Source of the DNA: Octopus vulgaris
Lineage: Eukaryota
DNA length: 64,000 bases
Direction of reading: 5' to 3'
NCBI GenBank assembly: GCA_951406725.2
Contig: OX597815.1
Coordinates: 4,154,001 to 4,218,000, forward strand
Below, piece by piece: positions 38,815-51,888 of the stretch (positions are counted from its first letter, which is position 1; each line of letters begins with the position of its first letter). A program made the translations under genes and the position numbers. The notes under the pieces are model-generated. The model did not search any database. It had not been told where the DNA came from and saw only the letters and a list, made by a program, of their open reading frames with translations.

Positions 38815-38933
38815 CCCCCTTCTTTCCTTCTTTCCTGGGCGTCCAATAATACTTTATTTGTTCCACGTCCTTGCGTTGTTGTGTTTTTTTGTTTTCTTGT
38901 TCGGATTAACTGTATATATATATATATATATGC

Positions 38934-38967
<34 letters not shown>

Positions 38968-38974
38968 GATGATC

Positions 38975-40621
38975 TCTACATATATAAAACTGAGAATATG
39001 TGTCTGTCTCTCTGTCTGTCTGTCTGTGTGTTTCCCTAAAACTTGAGAACTACACAACCAATTTCATTCAGATTTTACACATGCCTTACTTAGGGTCCAT
39101 GTAGTTTCATGGGCAAAAAAAATGTTCAACTTCTTGCCTAGAGCGAGCCCATAGCAATATCATATCTTCTCCACTATTTCAGTATTACGTGTTAAAAGTG
39201 AAACAAAACATTTCTTTATTTTATGTCAGATACTTTCACTTTAACAATAAAAATTAGAGATAATAATAACAATTGAATTATATGTAGTAAGTAATAATTA
39301 AAATCAAACTAAAGTATAATATAATTGTAACATAACAAAAGTAAAAATAGCAATTGGTATAAAATTGCATCAGTGACTTGAACTTGAATAAGTGGTTTCA
39401 CATGAATGGGAATAAATTAAAAATAAAATTAGTGTGCAGAAATGGAATAGTCCAGGTGGAGCTGTGCACATACCATTTACCAGGGCTTTTACATTAGATT
39501 ATCTGCTAATTAGCTAGCATTAAGTATCTATATGAAGTTTGGCTGTATGTAATGTCTGTGTTCTCGAAAGATGCTTCTACTGAGTACTGCTGTTGGTTTA
39601 TTTCTTATACATAAAGGACTATAGCTTCAACTGCGTACTTCTTTTTGATTCACCATAAGGTTTGTAGTTATTATTATTACTGTTTAACTATTTTATCACG
39701 TTTGTTGGTTCCTCGTAAGGGAAACGTTGTTGTGTTGCATTTGTTAAATAATTGTAAACTGTAACCCTCCCCCTTTGGGAAAAGGAGCTTTGGTTATTGT
39801 TTAAAAATTGAATTGTGTCCCTGTTTGGGGAAATTGACAATATTTTCACCGTTTACGCAGAAGCATTTTTGTTAGAATGCCTTCGATAGAAGAAAGTCCA
39901 AAAATGAATTTCGCTGCAGCCGTTGGCAGGCGCGAACTCATTAAAATTAAAATGGAAGAAATACAAACCTATTTCGGATTGATCACCGAAAAAGACGATG
40001 AATCTAGGATAACACCACCAAACGAAATAAAAAAGTTAAATTAAAGAAAAGACTATTGTCTATAAAGTATACAATGTAGAGAAAAAAAAAGATTTGAACA
40101 TCTGGAGGAAAGCACCTTCGAAAAGTGTCTTGGTGCGACTATGAAAGATATCTAACCAGAGGCGGTAAATTCGCCACAATAGAAGCAAGGTTCGAGTCAA
40201 CGGAGCGTGCAAGGGAGTACTTGACTCGAACCTTGCAAAGTGGAAATATTTTATTTTTACCTTTATATCTGGGATGTTATCTAGTGATAACAATACTCAA
40301 AATATATAACAGACTGGAATTGTAGGCCCGTCTCTTGCCGGATAAAAATTTAAAATGTCCCCCCAGAAGTAGAGGTAGGCTGGATTGTAGCCACACAAGA
40401 GGGATACAATTGATCGAAATTACAAGAGACGGGCTAACAATTCCAGTCTGTTATATATTTTGAGTATTGTTATCACTAGCGATATCAAGATATAACTTTG
40501 TATTTTGTATTTTATGTGTAGATGTATATATATAGATGTACATGTATTATGTACACATATATATACACATATATACATTCACTAGCACTATGACCTGGCA
40601 ACGACGGGTCATAATGCTAGT
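38975..40621 (+). mobile_element. Helitron-like element (or Helitron-bounded composite), followed by a second truncated head at 40622-40720
   Basis: 5' TC-tacatatataaaactgagaat...gtctgtctg. 3' hairpin gacctggcaacgacgggtc followed by CTAG-T at 40617-40621. The head sequence repeats immediately after. Confidence 0.55.
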
Positions 40622-40724
40622 ATATATATAAAACTGAGAATGTGTGTGTCTGTCTGTCTGTGTGAATCCCTAAAACTTGAGAACTACACAACCAATTTCA
40701 TTCAAATTTTACACATGCCTTGGC

Positions 40725-41030
40725 AGTGTGGTCAGCCAATTTTCTTGGAGTGATGGACTTTTTTAGGAAGAATCCTCACCCTGCTTCTTATTAGTGAATG
40801 ATCTGTGTCACAATCCGCACTGTGGTAACTATGGGTCAGTTGAACAGAATTCAGAAAGGGTCTTCGTGTAATGATGAGATCCAGCTGATGCCAGTGGTGA
40901 GATCTTGGATGTCTCCAAGATGCCTTGTGGGATGTCTTGTTGGTAAAGAATGTGTTGGTGATGCACAAGTTATGGTATGTGCAGAATTTGAGTATTCTCT
41001 GACCATTGTCATTCATGTTGCCAATACCAA
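40725..41030 (-). pseudogene. RTE-type LINE AP-endonuclease fragment
   Basis: FGIGNMNDNGQRILKFCTYHNLCITNTFF...SWRHPRSHHWHQLDLIITRR...SADCDTDHSLI. Confidence 0.9.
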
Positions 41031-41117
41031 AACACATACACTTACATATATACATACATATATATATACGATTGATTTGTTTCAGTTCCTGTCTACGAAC
41101 TCCATATATATATATGT

Positions 41118-41172
<55 letters not shown>

Positions 41173-41527
41173 TAAATTGATATATACAACTGAGTGGGCA
41201 AACAGAAATATGAGACACTGTGTAGTGCTCAACAGGGGCCTTAACTCTCACATTTTAGAGCTCCATGACCTTCATTTTTCAGGAGCAAAATCTTTTTAAC
41301 AGGTTCAATAAGATTGGAATTTTGGAATATGCGCATAAAAATCAGTAGTATGGGATACTTGTGGCACGATGACAATTTTTTTTAGGGTGTGTAAAGAGGG
41401 AAATAACCCTCATCTGCAATTTTGATGACATTTGAAACATAGATATTCCAGTTCATTAGAGAAAATATAACAGAAAAGTCTAATTCTTCAATTGAATGTA
41501 ACTGGGCAACACCTAATATCTCTGCTA

Positions 41528-41585
<58 letters not shown>

Positions 41586-41799
41586 TTACAGATATAGGGT
41601 GAAATATAATTAATTTAATAAAATCAACAAATTTCACCTAGTAGTATTTCTGTATGGAAAAGGACCATATTCGGTAAAAATTTATATAATTATAATAATA
41701 AGGGTTTTTTTTGCAACAAGTTGCTTAAACCACATGGTTTAAGCAATTTGTTGCAAAAAAACCCTTATTATAATTATATATATATATATATATATACTC

Positions 41800-42207
41800 A
41801 TTACTCTTTTACTTGTTTCAGTCATTTGACTGCGGCCATGCTGGAACACCGCCTTTAGTCGAGCAAATCGACCCCGGGACTTACTCTTTGTAAGCCCAGT
41901 ACTTATTCTATCGGTCTCTTTTGCCGAACCTCTAAGTGACGGGGACGTAAACACACCAGCATCGGTTGTCAAGCAATGCTAGGGGACAAACACAGACACA
42001 CAAACACACAGACACACAAACACACACACACATATATATATATACGACAGGCTTCTTTCAGTTTCCGTCTACCAAATCCACTCGCAAGGCATTGGTCGGC
42101 CCGGGGCTATAGCAGAAGACACTTGCCCAAGATGCCACGCAGTGGGACTGAACCCAGAACCATGTGGTTGGTTAGCAAGCTACTTACCACACAGCCACTC
42201 CTGTGCA
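41800..42207 (-). mobile_element. Family-1 SINE, full length
   Basis: Near-consensus reverse complement. Confidence 0.9.
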
Positions 42208-42499
42208 TATATATATATGTATATATATATATATGATATATATATGGCATGGCTGTGTGGTAAGAAGCTTGCTTCCCAACCACATGGATCTAGGTTCAAC
42301 CTCACTGTGTGGTAGTTTGGGCAAGTGTCTTCTAGTATAGCTTTGGCCTGACCAAAACCTTGTGAGTGGATTTGAGTTGAAAGAGGCCTGTCGAATATAT
42401 ATATATGACCCACTTTTCAAGAAATTAACGAATGTTGCTGATGTGTGTGTGTGGAGTAGATATGTGTGGAAAGGTGTTGCTATAGCAACCAGCTAGCTT

Positions 42500-43220
42500 C
42501 CCATGATCCCCATCTATTGTTGATCTTGGGTTTCTTTTGGTGTATGGGGATGGCCTCACAGATTCTAAGGTTGCCCCTGTTCCGCTGTGTTGCCTTGATG
42601 TGCACTTTGAATTCCCGGGTCTGGCATAGATGCTTCTTCAGAAAGCATCTGCCTGCATCTGTTCCTTAATGTGTACATGCAGTTTTCTTGTCATGCTTCT
42701 GATGTAGGATGCACCACATTTTCCACAGATGATCTCATATACGACATAGGTCCTCTGGCACAATTCAGGGTGATTGATGGGGCAGTTCGACAATGTGCAC
42801 TCCTCAGAGTAGTGGGAGGTGTTGTTCTTGGACAGAGCTTTTCTCAGGAAAGGGCCGGTGTGCACTACCTGTATGTCGAGTCCTTCCCTGCGGAGTGCAT
42901 GTTGTATCGCTGCAGTGATTCTGTCCTCAAAGTGCGGTAGTTTCAGGAAGCACATGCTGGACTTGGGAGTATGCTGGTTCTTCCGGGGTTTATTGACCTT
43001 GATGTTCTTCAGGCGCTGTTGTTTAGCTAAAGATGGTGGGTAACAATTCAGGGTTAGATCTCTGAGGAACTGTTTGGTGTTGACGGCTTTGTCGGTCACG
43101 TTGCTGCAATTGCTGTTTATACATGAAATCTCGTTTCTCACATATGCGGCTTTGACTCTGGGGCGCAAGGCTGATTGGTAGTGGACAAAAAGTATTCTGT
43201 TAGTGGATTTTCTACAGAAT
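42500..43220 (-). pseudogene. Second Penelope-like element relic (RT thumb, Cys linker, GIY-YIG)
   Basis: RKSTNRILFVHYQSA...LNCYPPSL...LKLPHF...CTLSNCPINHPELCQRTYVVYEIICGKCGASYIRSMTRKLHVHIKE...LRICEAIPIHQKKPKINNR. Confidence 0.9.
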
Positions 43221-43240
43221 TTATACACACACATACATAA

Positions 43241-43280
<40 letters not shown>

Positions 43281-43435
43281 TCTGAGTTCAAATTCCGCCG
43301 AGGTTGACTTTGCCTTTCATTATTTCAGGGTCGATAAATTAAGTACCAGTTATGCACTGGGGTTAATTTAATCGACTTAATACGTCTGTCTGTCCTTGTT
43401 TGTCTCCTCTGTTTAGCTCCTTGTGGGTAGTAAAG

Positions 43436-43478
<43 letters not shown>

Positions 43479-43744
43479 CATACACATATATACACACACA
43501 CACGCACACACACATATATATACACATATATACACATACATGTGTCTGTGCCTTTGTGATTGTCCTCCACCACTGTTTGACAATTGGTGTTGGTGTGTTG
43601 ACATCTCTTTGACTTAGTGGATCAGCAAAAGAGATCGATAGGATGAGTACTGGGCTTAAAATAAATAATGTCTTTTTTGACTAAAGCTCTTCAAGGCGGA
43701 GCCCCAGAATGGCCACAGTCTAAAGACTCAAACAAGTAAAAGAA

Positions 43745-44085
43745 AATGTGTGTGTGTACATGTGTGTGTGTGTGTGAGGGAGTGTGTGTGAGTGAGTGAG
43801 TGTGAGGGAGTGTGTATGTGACTGAGTGTAAGTGAGTGTGTGTGTGTGAGTATACATGTGTGTGTGCATGTGTGTGTGTGAATGGGTGAGTGTGTGTGTG
43901 TGTATGTGACTGAGTGTAAGTGAGTGTGTGTGTGTGAGTATACATGTATGTGTGTGTGTGAATGGGTGAGTGTGTGTGTGTGTATGTGACTGAGTGTAAG
44001 TGAGTGTGTGTGTGTGAGTATACATGTGTGTGTGCATGTGTGTGTGTGAATGAGTGAGTGTGTGCATGTGTGTGTGTGTGTGTGA
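43745..44085. repeat. (TG/TGAG)n compound microsatellite with a ~80-bp higher-order repeat
   Basis: gtatgtgactgagtgtaagtgagtg occurs three times. Confidence 0.9.
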
Positions 44086-44711
44086 ATATTTCCACGGCAC
44101 ACTTCCCATGAAAATCTCTGCCTGAGTTAAGAGACACAAGCTGAACTTTGTTGATATTTACTTGTCGAGAAACCATCCTGTTCACGTTTCCGATCTTGAG
44201 ACTGGATCGAAAGAACGGTTTCTGGGATCCATTATTGTGCAGAATCTATTGGCAACTGTGGAGAGAAAAAGCTTCTGGATACGAAAAACAGATAAAAAAA
44301 TAGGCGAACAAAAGAAATAGAAATAAAAAAAGATTTTAAAAAAATGCATTGCTTTTTATAAAGAGTGAAGTGAGGTTGGGGGGGGATTAGAAGAGGAGGC
44401 AGGAGAGGAGGAGGCATTGTCAGTGAATTTATTTTCTGTGTTGGTTGACCTTTGCAGGGAAAAGCTCTACAGAGAATGAAAGAGGAATTGGTAAATTGCA
44501 AAATTTTACAGTTGAAGGTTCATGTGAAACATTCAGGTCGCTTTGAAGCCATGCGATTCCAGGTTTGGCTTTGCTTCACAGAACTTTCAGCGAATGTCTT
44601 CTTCTATAGACTTGGGATGACCAATGGCTTGAAAGTAAATTTGGTAGACGGAACATTGCAGAAGCTTGTTTTGTGTGTGTTTGTGTGTGTGTGTATATAT
44701 ATATATATGTA

Positions 44712-44754
<43 letters not shown>

Positions 44755-46699
44755 GTGTGTGTGTGTGTGTATATATATTTATAAGTTCAGCAAAATTTAG
44801 ATTCAGATGAATATGGTACTGAAGTTAAAGGCACCAGAATTTTGTATGGTATTATCCATATAAATCAAATGGGGTGATTATAATCAAAATAAGCAACAAG
44901 GATATCAAAGGTAGAGTAGTACAATTGTTTCATGCTACTTCATTTTATTAAACACTGTAAGTATTACATCAGTTTTAAAATGTTGAGCAATCTTCAGCCA
45001 CATATAGAATTTTTTTTATAATTAAACAGACAATGCACATTCTTATAAGTATGAGAATGTGCATTGTCTGTTTAATTATTTAATTAAAAAAAAAGATTCT
45101 ACTTGACACGTGTGTAGGGCTTATGCCCATGTGGTCACTTATGCACTTGGAATTACAAAACAAATCGATAATTTTTAATCAGCATCGATTTTTCAAAAAC
45201 CAATCGGACATTTCAATGCAAATTCTCATACAAATGTTATTTTCTGCCATAACGTTTAAAGTTTTCAATCTATTTTCTTGAAATTTTATACACAGATGGA
45301 ATATATGCTAAGGATGGGTTGAGACAAATATATTTTTACCTAGGCCACTCAGGCAAAGCATAAAATGATTTTTGATTAATTGTTGTGGGATTAAAATGTT
45401 CATCAATTATTTCAGAATTCTCAGGTTTCTTAATGCCTGCACTTAAAATTGTCAGTTCTAACCGTTAGAATTGATATTTGATTCTGACGATCAGTGGAAC
45501 TATACCCATGAAGCACAGTCATCAAGTTAAGTGCATGTGCACTTAAAATTTTCTCTCTTGTTGCAAGAGAATCTGCCCCAAAATGACAAAAGTCAACATC
45601 TTAGTCTGTTTTTTCTTCTCCTCCTAGCATCTTACGTCTCTTATGACCACCATGTTGTTGCCTCTGCACTCCAGCCATTTTTGTAAGTACCAAATCTCTT
45701 TTCTCTAAGTAATTTTTTGTTTACTTTTCAAGCCTTTCTGTTCTTTCTTCCTTTCATATCTCTCCTTTACAATTCCCTTCTTGATGTTTCCATTGATTAT
45801 ATATTTCCAGCTTTCCACTCATCTCACCAAACAATTGTCATTTTCCGATTCCATACGTATTTATTTGTATTACTGTTTCGTGAATGAATTTGCTTGCACC
45901 TTCTATTATCTGTCCTCTGTCTTGATTTCATTTTCCGTCTGAAAGAAATTAGGCATTGTAATGGGTATCAGCAATATCCTCACTCCTGGGTATTACCAAA
46001 CACCTCAGCTAGTGTGTGTATATATCATCATCATCGTTTAACGTCCGTTCTCCATGCTAGCATGGGTTGGATGGTTTGATCAGGGTCTGGGAAGCCAGAA
46101 GGCTGCACCAGGCTCCAGTCTTATCTGGCAGTGTTTCTACAGCTGGATGCCCTTCCTAATGCCAACCACTCCGTGAGTGTAGTGGGTGCTTTTTACTATA
46201 CTCACGGAGTGGTTGGCGTTAGGAAGGGCATCCAGCTGTAGAAACATTGGATGCCCTTCCTAACATCCAATGTTTCTATATATATATATATATATTCATC
46301 ATCTTCATCATATATATATATATCCTCACCATCATCGTTTAACGTCCGCTTTCCATGCTGGCATGGGTTGATATATATGTATATGCATATGTATATATAT
46401 ATATATATATTTCAATACCTTGGCTCTTTTCCATTTCGATACCTTGGCTGTAAAATGGGAATCTCAGAGGATGAAAAATTTCAGATAAAAGACTTTAACC
46501 TCTCAACTTGTTACTTACCTTCCTTTGTATTTCTGCGAGTATCATCATAAACTCTTATTATTATTTTCCCTCTATTCTGTCTCATTCTGTCTATTTCAGC
46601 ACCATGCCATCATGGAAATATAGTTCTATAGTTTCGTCTTACTTGTTGATGGCTGAGGTAACCTTAGCTCATGCATTTCCTTAATCTGCAACATATCCT

Positions 46700-47887
46700 T
46701 TCACTCATTTATGAAAGTTTATCACACAACACACAGTCATTCGTCTCACTTTTGGCAGGCATCAACAAAAGTTTTAGGACCCTCCTGGAGGATGAGGAAT
46801 GCCAGCTGGTTGCTGCCTTCCATCCCAGGTTTCGCCTCATCTGGTTGGATAAGTATGACAGCACCAAGGTCGCCAAGGTGAGGGAAAACACGGACGGTAA
46901 GGTCGAGGAGGCCATGATGCAGCAGTCAGACAAAGTAAGCAGCCACAGTGGAGGCAGCAACAACGAAGAGGAGGAGGATGACTTCTTCATTGGGGGTCAC
47001 CCAGCCAAAAGAGGACAGCAGGGGTCACAGGTCACTCAGGAACAAGGCCCAGAATTTGGTCAAGACCTTGTTGGAGGCCGACCCCAAGGACTTTCTGACA
47101 GATGTTGCCTTCTTGGGTGAGCAAGCGTTGGTGGACTTGTTCATCAAGTTCAACACAGCCGTCCCCCGTCCAGTGCTGCAATGAGGCGTTTGTTCTCTAT
47201 GGGTAAGGACATCGTGAGGGCCAAGAGATCAACCCTGTTTGATGAAAACCTTGACGTGCTAATTTCCATGAAGGGAAACATTCACCTGATGAACAAAATG
47301 GAGAATGAAAAGAAGAGGAAAGACTAAATGAATGAGAAGAAGAGGAAAGATTAATTTATGCATATATTGTTTTTCATTTTTTTAATTTTTATTTTTTTAT
47401 GGCTGCTTTATCAATAAACTTTTTTTCAGCTTGACACTAATATTGTGTTTCATTTGAGCTTTATTTTTTTACCCTTTTCCGGCTCTAAAAGCCTTTAAAA
47501 ACCTAAAAAAGGGTCAAAACTATGAAATCAAAATCAACCTTTTTTTTTTTTTTTGGTCTTTTAAAAGTTAAAACTATAAAATCAGCATTTTTTAAACTCT
47601 AAAGCAAAACAAAAACTATAGTTTTGGGGTTCTAAACTCCTTAAAAGGACAAAAAAAAAAAGGCTGATTTTATAGTTTTGACACTTTTAAAAAGTGTTTT
47701 CAGATACTTTTAGAGCAAAATCTGATTTTTTTTTTTTTTCTATAATAAAAATTAACATTAACAGTTTATTGATAACTTCCGTTGCATTCTTCAAGAATTT
47801 GCTGATGAACGGTTATCGAAGTTAACTTTTTTAAACAGATTAACAGTTAATGAATTTAACTTTTTGACTAAAGTTGCCCACCTTTTG
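46700..47887 (+). pseudogene. hAT transposase C-terminal relic with 3' terminal region
   Basis: AAFHPRFRLIWL...LFIKFNTAVP-SSAAMRRLFSMGKDIVRAKRSTLFDENLDVLISMKGN (hAT dimerisation motif). Ends gttgcccaccttttg. Confidence 0.85.
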
Positions 47888-48087
47888 TAGTCATGGCAAA
47901 TACCAGTGTCATACAAATGACACCTGTGCTGGTGGCATGGAAAGGCACCCGTGCCAGTGGCATGGAAAGGCACCCATTTACTCTCAGAGTGGTGTTAGGA
48001 AGGGCATCCACCTGAAGAAAACCATGCCAAATCAGTGTCAGGTGCCCTCTTCCAGTTTGCCAGCCCAGTCAAATCACACAGTCACTA

Positions 48088-48710
48088 TTCAGTCCCCAAA
48101 AAAGGTTCATTCATGAGATGTGACAGCAAAGATGAGCACACATTCACTCTCTGCACACGATTAGACTCAGAAAGTTTGTGAGGAACCCAATGACTCAATT
48201 CGCTGACTTTTCTGATGGCACACAGGTGTCGATGAATGGTTGAATGACCAAATCCTAGCTTCTCTGCTAGTTCCTCAACAGTTATGATGGCATTCTGTTC
48301 GACTAGGGTTTGCAGGACGTATTTGTTGAGCTCTAGAGATCTCCCAGGAAAAGGCCCATCTTCTAGCCTGTAGTTTCTGGCTTGGAATTTCTGGAACCTC
48401 TGTTGACACTGGCTTACGTTTATTGTCCAATCCCCATATACTGCATTAATATTCCTTGCACTTTCTGTTGCATTGTTGCCTTTATTGAACTCATAAAGCA
48501 AAATATGCCGAATATGCTCCGTTGTCACTTCCATTAAAGCTTTGAAAAATCGAACTGCACTCTTCAAGACTTGCACTAAGAATAAGTACAAGGTAAAATT
48601 ACTACTTGTTTTTATAGCAAGTCGATGCAGGTAGTTTATCCTGTCCCCATCCAACTTTTGGTTCATGCAATTGAAAGAAACCGCATTGTTTATGAGATGA
48701 CCCAAGATAT
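48088..48710 (-). pseudogene. Mariner transposon 5' half: TIR and N-terminal transposase
   Basis: TIR-like ttgggtcatctcataaacaatgcgg at ~48680-48708. Met at 48534: MEVTTEHIRHILLYEFNKG...GRS...ELAEKLG...WVPHKLSE (HTH domains and WVPH.L motif). Confidence 0.9.
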
Positions 48711-48779
48711 TACTTTTCTGTATACACATTAGCAGTTTGCTAAATCATCCGTAGACTTTTATGGTGAAAACATATTTAC

Positions 48780-49188
48780 TGACAGAGAACTCAGTCCAGA
48801 ATCAAACGGTCCTTAATGATGAAGGAGGTAGTGCTGCCCTGGGTGGAGAGGCTGGCTGTTGGAAGACCTTATGCCTGGCAACAGGACTCTGCACCATGTC
48901 ACGCAAGCAGGGGAACCCAATCATGGATGTCAAGACAATTTCTGTGACCACCTCACCCCTAACATCTGGCCACCTAACTCCCCAGACTGCAACCCCCTTG
49001 ATTATTATGTGTGGGGCACAGTTGAACGAGAGACCAACAAAACTCCTTGTAACACCAAAGATGAACTGAAGGCAAGGATTATGGCAGCATTCACAAACAT
49101 AAACAAGGAGAATGTCCAGAAGAGTTGCAGTAAATTCCGAAGTCGTCTGAAGGCCGTGGGTGAAGCCAATGGCGATTTTATTGAATAG
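48780..49188 (+). pseudogene. Tc1/mariner (DD37D-like) transposase C-terminal relic
   Basis: WQQDSAPCH...WPPNSPDCNPLDYYVWGTVE...FRSRLKAVGEANGDFIE*. Confidence 0.9.
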
Positions 49189-49209
49189 GTTTACTCTTTA
49201 GTATTTCCA

Positions 49210-49612
49210 GGTGGCTGTGTGGTAAGTAGCTTGCTAACCAACCACATGGTTGCGGGTTCAGTCCCACTGCGTGGCATCTTGGGCAAGTGTCTTCTGCTAT
49301 AGCCCCGGGCCGACCAATGCCTTGTGAGTGGATTTGGTAGATGGAAACTGAAAGAAGCCTGTCGTATATATGTATATATATATATGTGTGTGTGTATGTG
49401 TTTGTGTGTCTGTGTTTGTTCCCCTAGCATTGCTTGACAACTGATGCTGGTGTGTTTACGTCCCTGTCACTTAGTGGTTCGGCAAAAGAGACCGATAGAA
49501 TAAGTACTGGGCTTACAAAGAATAAGTCCCGGGGTCGATTTGATCGACTAAAGGCGGTGCTCCAGCATGGCCGCAGTCAAATGACTGAAACAAGTAAAAG
49601 AGAGTAAAAGAG
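49210..49612 (+). mobile_element. Family-1 SINE
   Basis: Near-consensus copy. Confidence 0.9.
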
Positions 49613-50705
49613 TATATCTGTTGAAATGAGATGTCAGTGTTGTTTTTCTTTTTGTGTCATTTAGACGACAGTTTATTCACTGCACCCTGAATATACACGT
49701 GTGTGTCTGTATTTATGCACACACACACACACACACACATTCATGCATACAATTAGCCTTGTTTGGTTCTCAGTTAAAATCCCAGGATATATGAAAAGTC
49801 ACACACTTTCCCACGCACACACACACACACACACCCACACGCACACACTCAGAGAGCAATTGTCATTCAATAGAAAAAGTCAATAAAATTAACAGTTGTA
49901 AGAGCCTACAGCAGATCGATACGCAGCCTTCTACACACACACCCACACGCACCACACTCATGCACACCCACACACGCGTATACGCTTTGTTCTACGCACA
50001 TGGATTAGAAAACAAACCGAAAACCGTTTTTTATAATTACTGTTCTTCGTGGCCTTTTTTGTTGTTGTTGTTGTTGGTCTTTTCGTGTCACTAATTGCCT
50101 TTTCTTCTTTGACGTCATCACCATTTTACTTGTTGTTGGTTTTGTTGTTGTCATTGCTGTTGTTGTTGTTGGCGACATCAGTGTGGTGGTTGTTGCTTTT
50201 CTTCTTCTTCTTCTTCTTCTTCTTCTCCTCCTTCCCCTTTTAATTTTCTTCCTTTACTTCTCCTCCTACTCCTCCCTCTTTTACTTCTCCTCCTCCTCCT
50301 TCTTCTTCTTCTTCTTCTTCTTCTTCTTCTCAGCCTCCCCTTCTTCTTTTTCTTCTTCTTCTTCTCAGCCTCCCCTTTTTCTTCTTCTTCTCAGCCTCCC
50401 CTTCTTCTTCTTCTTCTTCTTTTTCTTCTTCTTCTTCTCCTCCCCCCTCCCCATTTTACCTTTCTTCTTTTACTTCTCCTCCTACTCCTCCCTCTTTTAC
50501 TCCTCCTCCTTCTTCTTGCCACTAATTGCTGATCTTCATGTTGTTGATGTTGGTTTGCCCTGTATCAAACTTGATCCCTCTCAAACCTATGACTATAGAC
50601 ATTCCACCCATGACCATCCAGTATTACTATTTTCCTTAATCCAACATCCTGTAGAGCTTCTTGTAAATATTGTTGTTCTTCCTATTCTTTTTCTTCCTTT
50701 CAAAG

Positions 50706-51082
50706 TTTGCCTCCGCCAAGGAAGGAGGTGATGTTTTCATCAGCATTGGTCTGTCTGTCTGTGTGCAAAATAACTCAAAAAGTTGCAAACGGTATTTGAT
50801 GAAACTTGCAGGAAAAGTTAGTAATGCAACAAGGAACAGATGATGAAATTTTGGTAGTGATTCAGGAATTTTTATGGATCCTAGAAGGATTTTTCATTTG
50901 TTATATTTACTTTACATGAAGTATTACAATGTTACGTTCTTTGATTATCTCCCTTGAAAACACGTTCATCGTTTCCACTTAACCTATGGTGGCGTTGCTG
51001 TCTCTAAAGTTTATTTTCGTTTCTCTATTAGTAATTTTACTCACGTATCTATCTTAAAATGAATGGCTTGGCAGAGATCTGT
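50706..51082 (+). mobile_element. HINE/DINE-1-like element
   Basis: 5' cctccgccaaggaaggagg, (GTCT)n and 3' cttggcagag subterminal inverted repeat. Confidence 0.65.
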
Positions 51083-51099
51083 GGAGGATGACATGACAA

Positions 51100-51455
51100 G
51101 CCTTGACTATTGGGATTGACTCAAAAAGCTCAGGCTTTGCTCCCCTCCACTGCTGCTGTGAGCTCTATATCATCTGTATGATATGGAAAATATTCCATCA
51201 ACATTGCCCATCTTTAAAATTTGGTCCCCATGCCATCCATCCACTACAGAAGTGTTCATCACAACACTTTGACAGAACTATTTCACCTCAATTGGCCCTG
51301 CTCTCTTCAACATTGTGCCAGACACACATAAAGGAGGAAAGTGACTTCACGGCATTCACACGATCCCTAGACGATTACCCCCAACAAATACCAGATAAAC
51401 CACCCACACCCAGATATGTCTCTGAAAACAATAACCCTCTGCTTGAATGGGCTAA
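51100..51455 (+). pseudogene. CR1-group LINE ORF2 C-terminal relic
   Basis: LDYWD*LKKLRL...YIICMIWKI...FTRSLDDYPQQIPDKPPTPRY...NNPLLEW. Confidence 0.65.
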
Positions 51456-51564
51456 AGAAACTGATTGTGGTGATCGTAGTTTTGACGGTGATTGTGGTGA
51501 AAGCAGAGACAGAGTTGATGATGATGATGATTCCTGGTTTTAAAGGGTTTTTTTTTCAAAATCA

Positions 51565-51865
51565 TATGGCTGTTGTGTCTGGAGAGAGTCATTCTCCACT
51601 TTTTTCTTATTTTTATTTTCTTAAAATTTTCATTGTGTCTTGCAACCTTTTCAATAGTTTTGACTATAATATAACACACTCACCGTTAAAATTTCCACTT
51701 TTTTCTTCTTATTATTTTCCTAAAATTTTTGTTGCATCTTGCAGCCTTTTCAATAGTGTGTTATAAGGCACAAAAAGAAAATGACCCTCCCCAGACACAA
51801 CAGAATATGCTTCAACACACGAACTCACATAAAGAATCCTGCAAACCAAATCCCAAAATGAAACA
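51565..51865. mobile_element. Rearranged family-F repeat (tandem and inverted pieces) with two degenerate U3-A8 hammerhead motifs on the minus strand
   Basis: Homologous to 20085-20220 and 20445-20630. Confidence 0.6.
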
Positions 51866-51888
51866 TATGGCTGTGTTATTTTTTTTTT

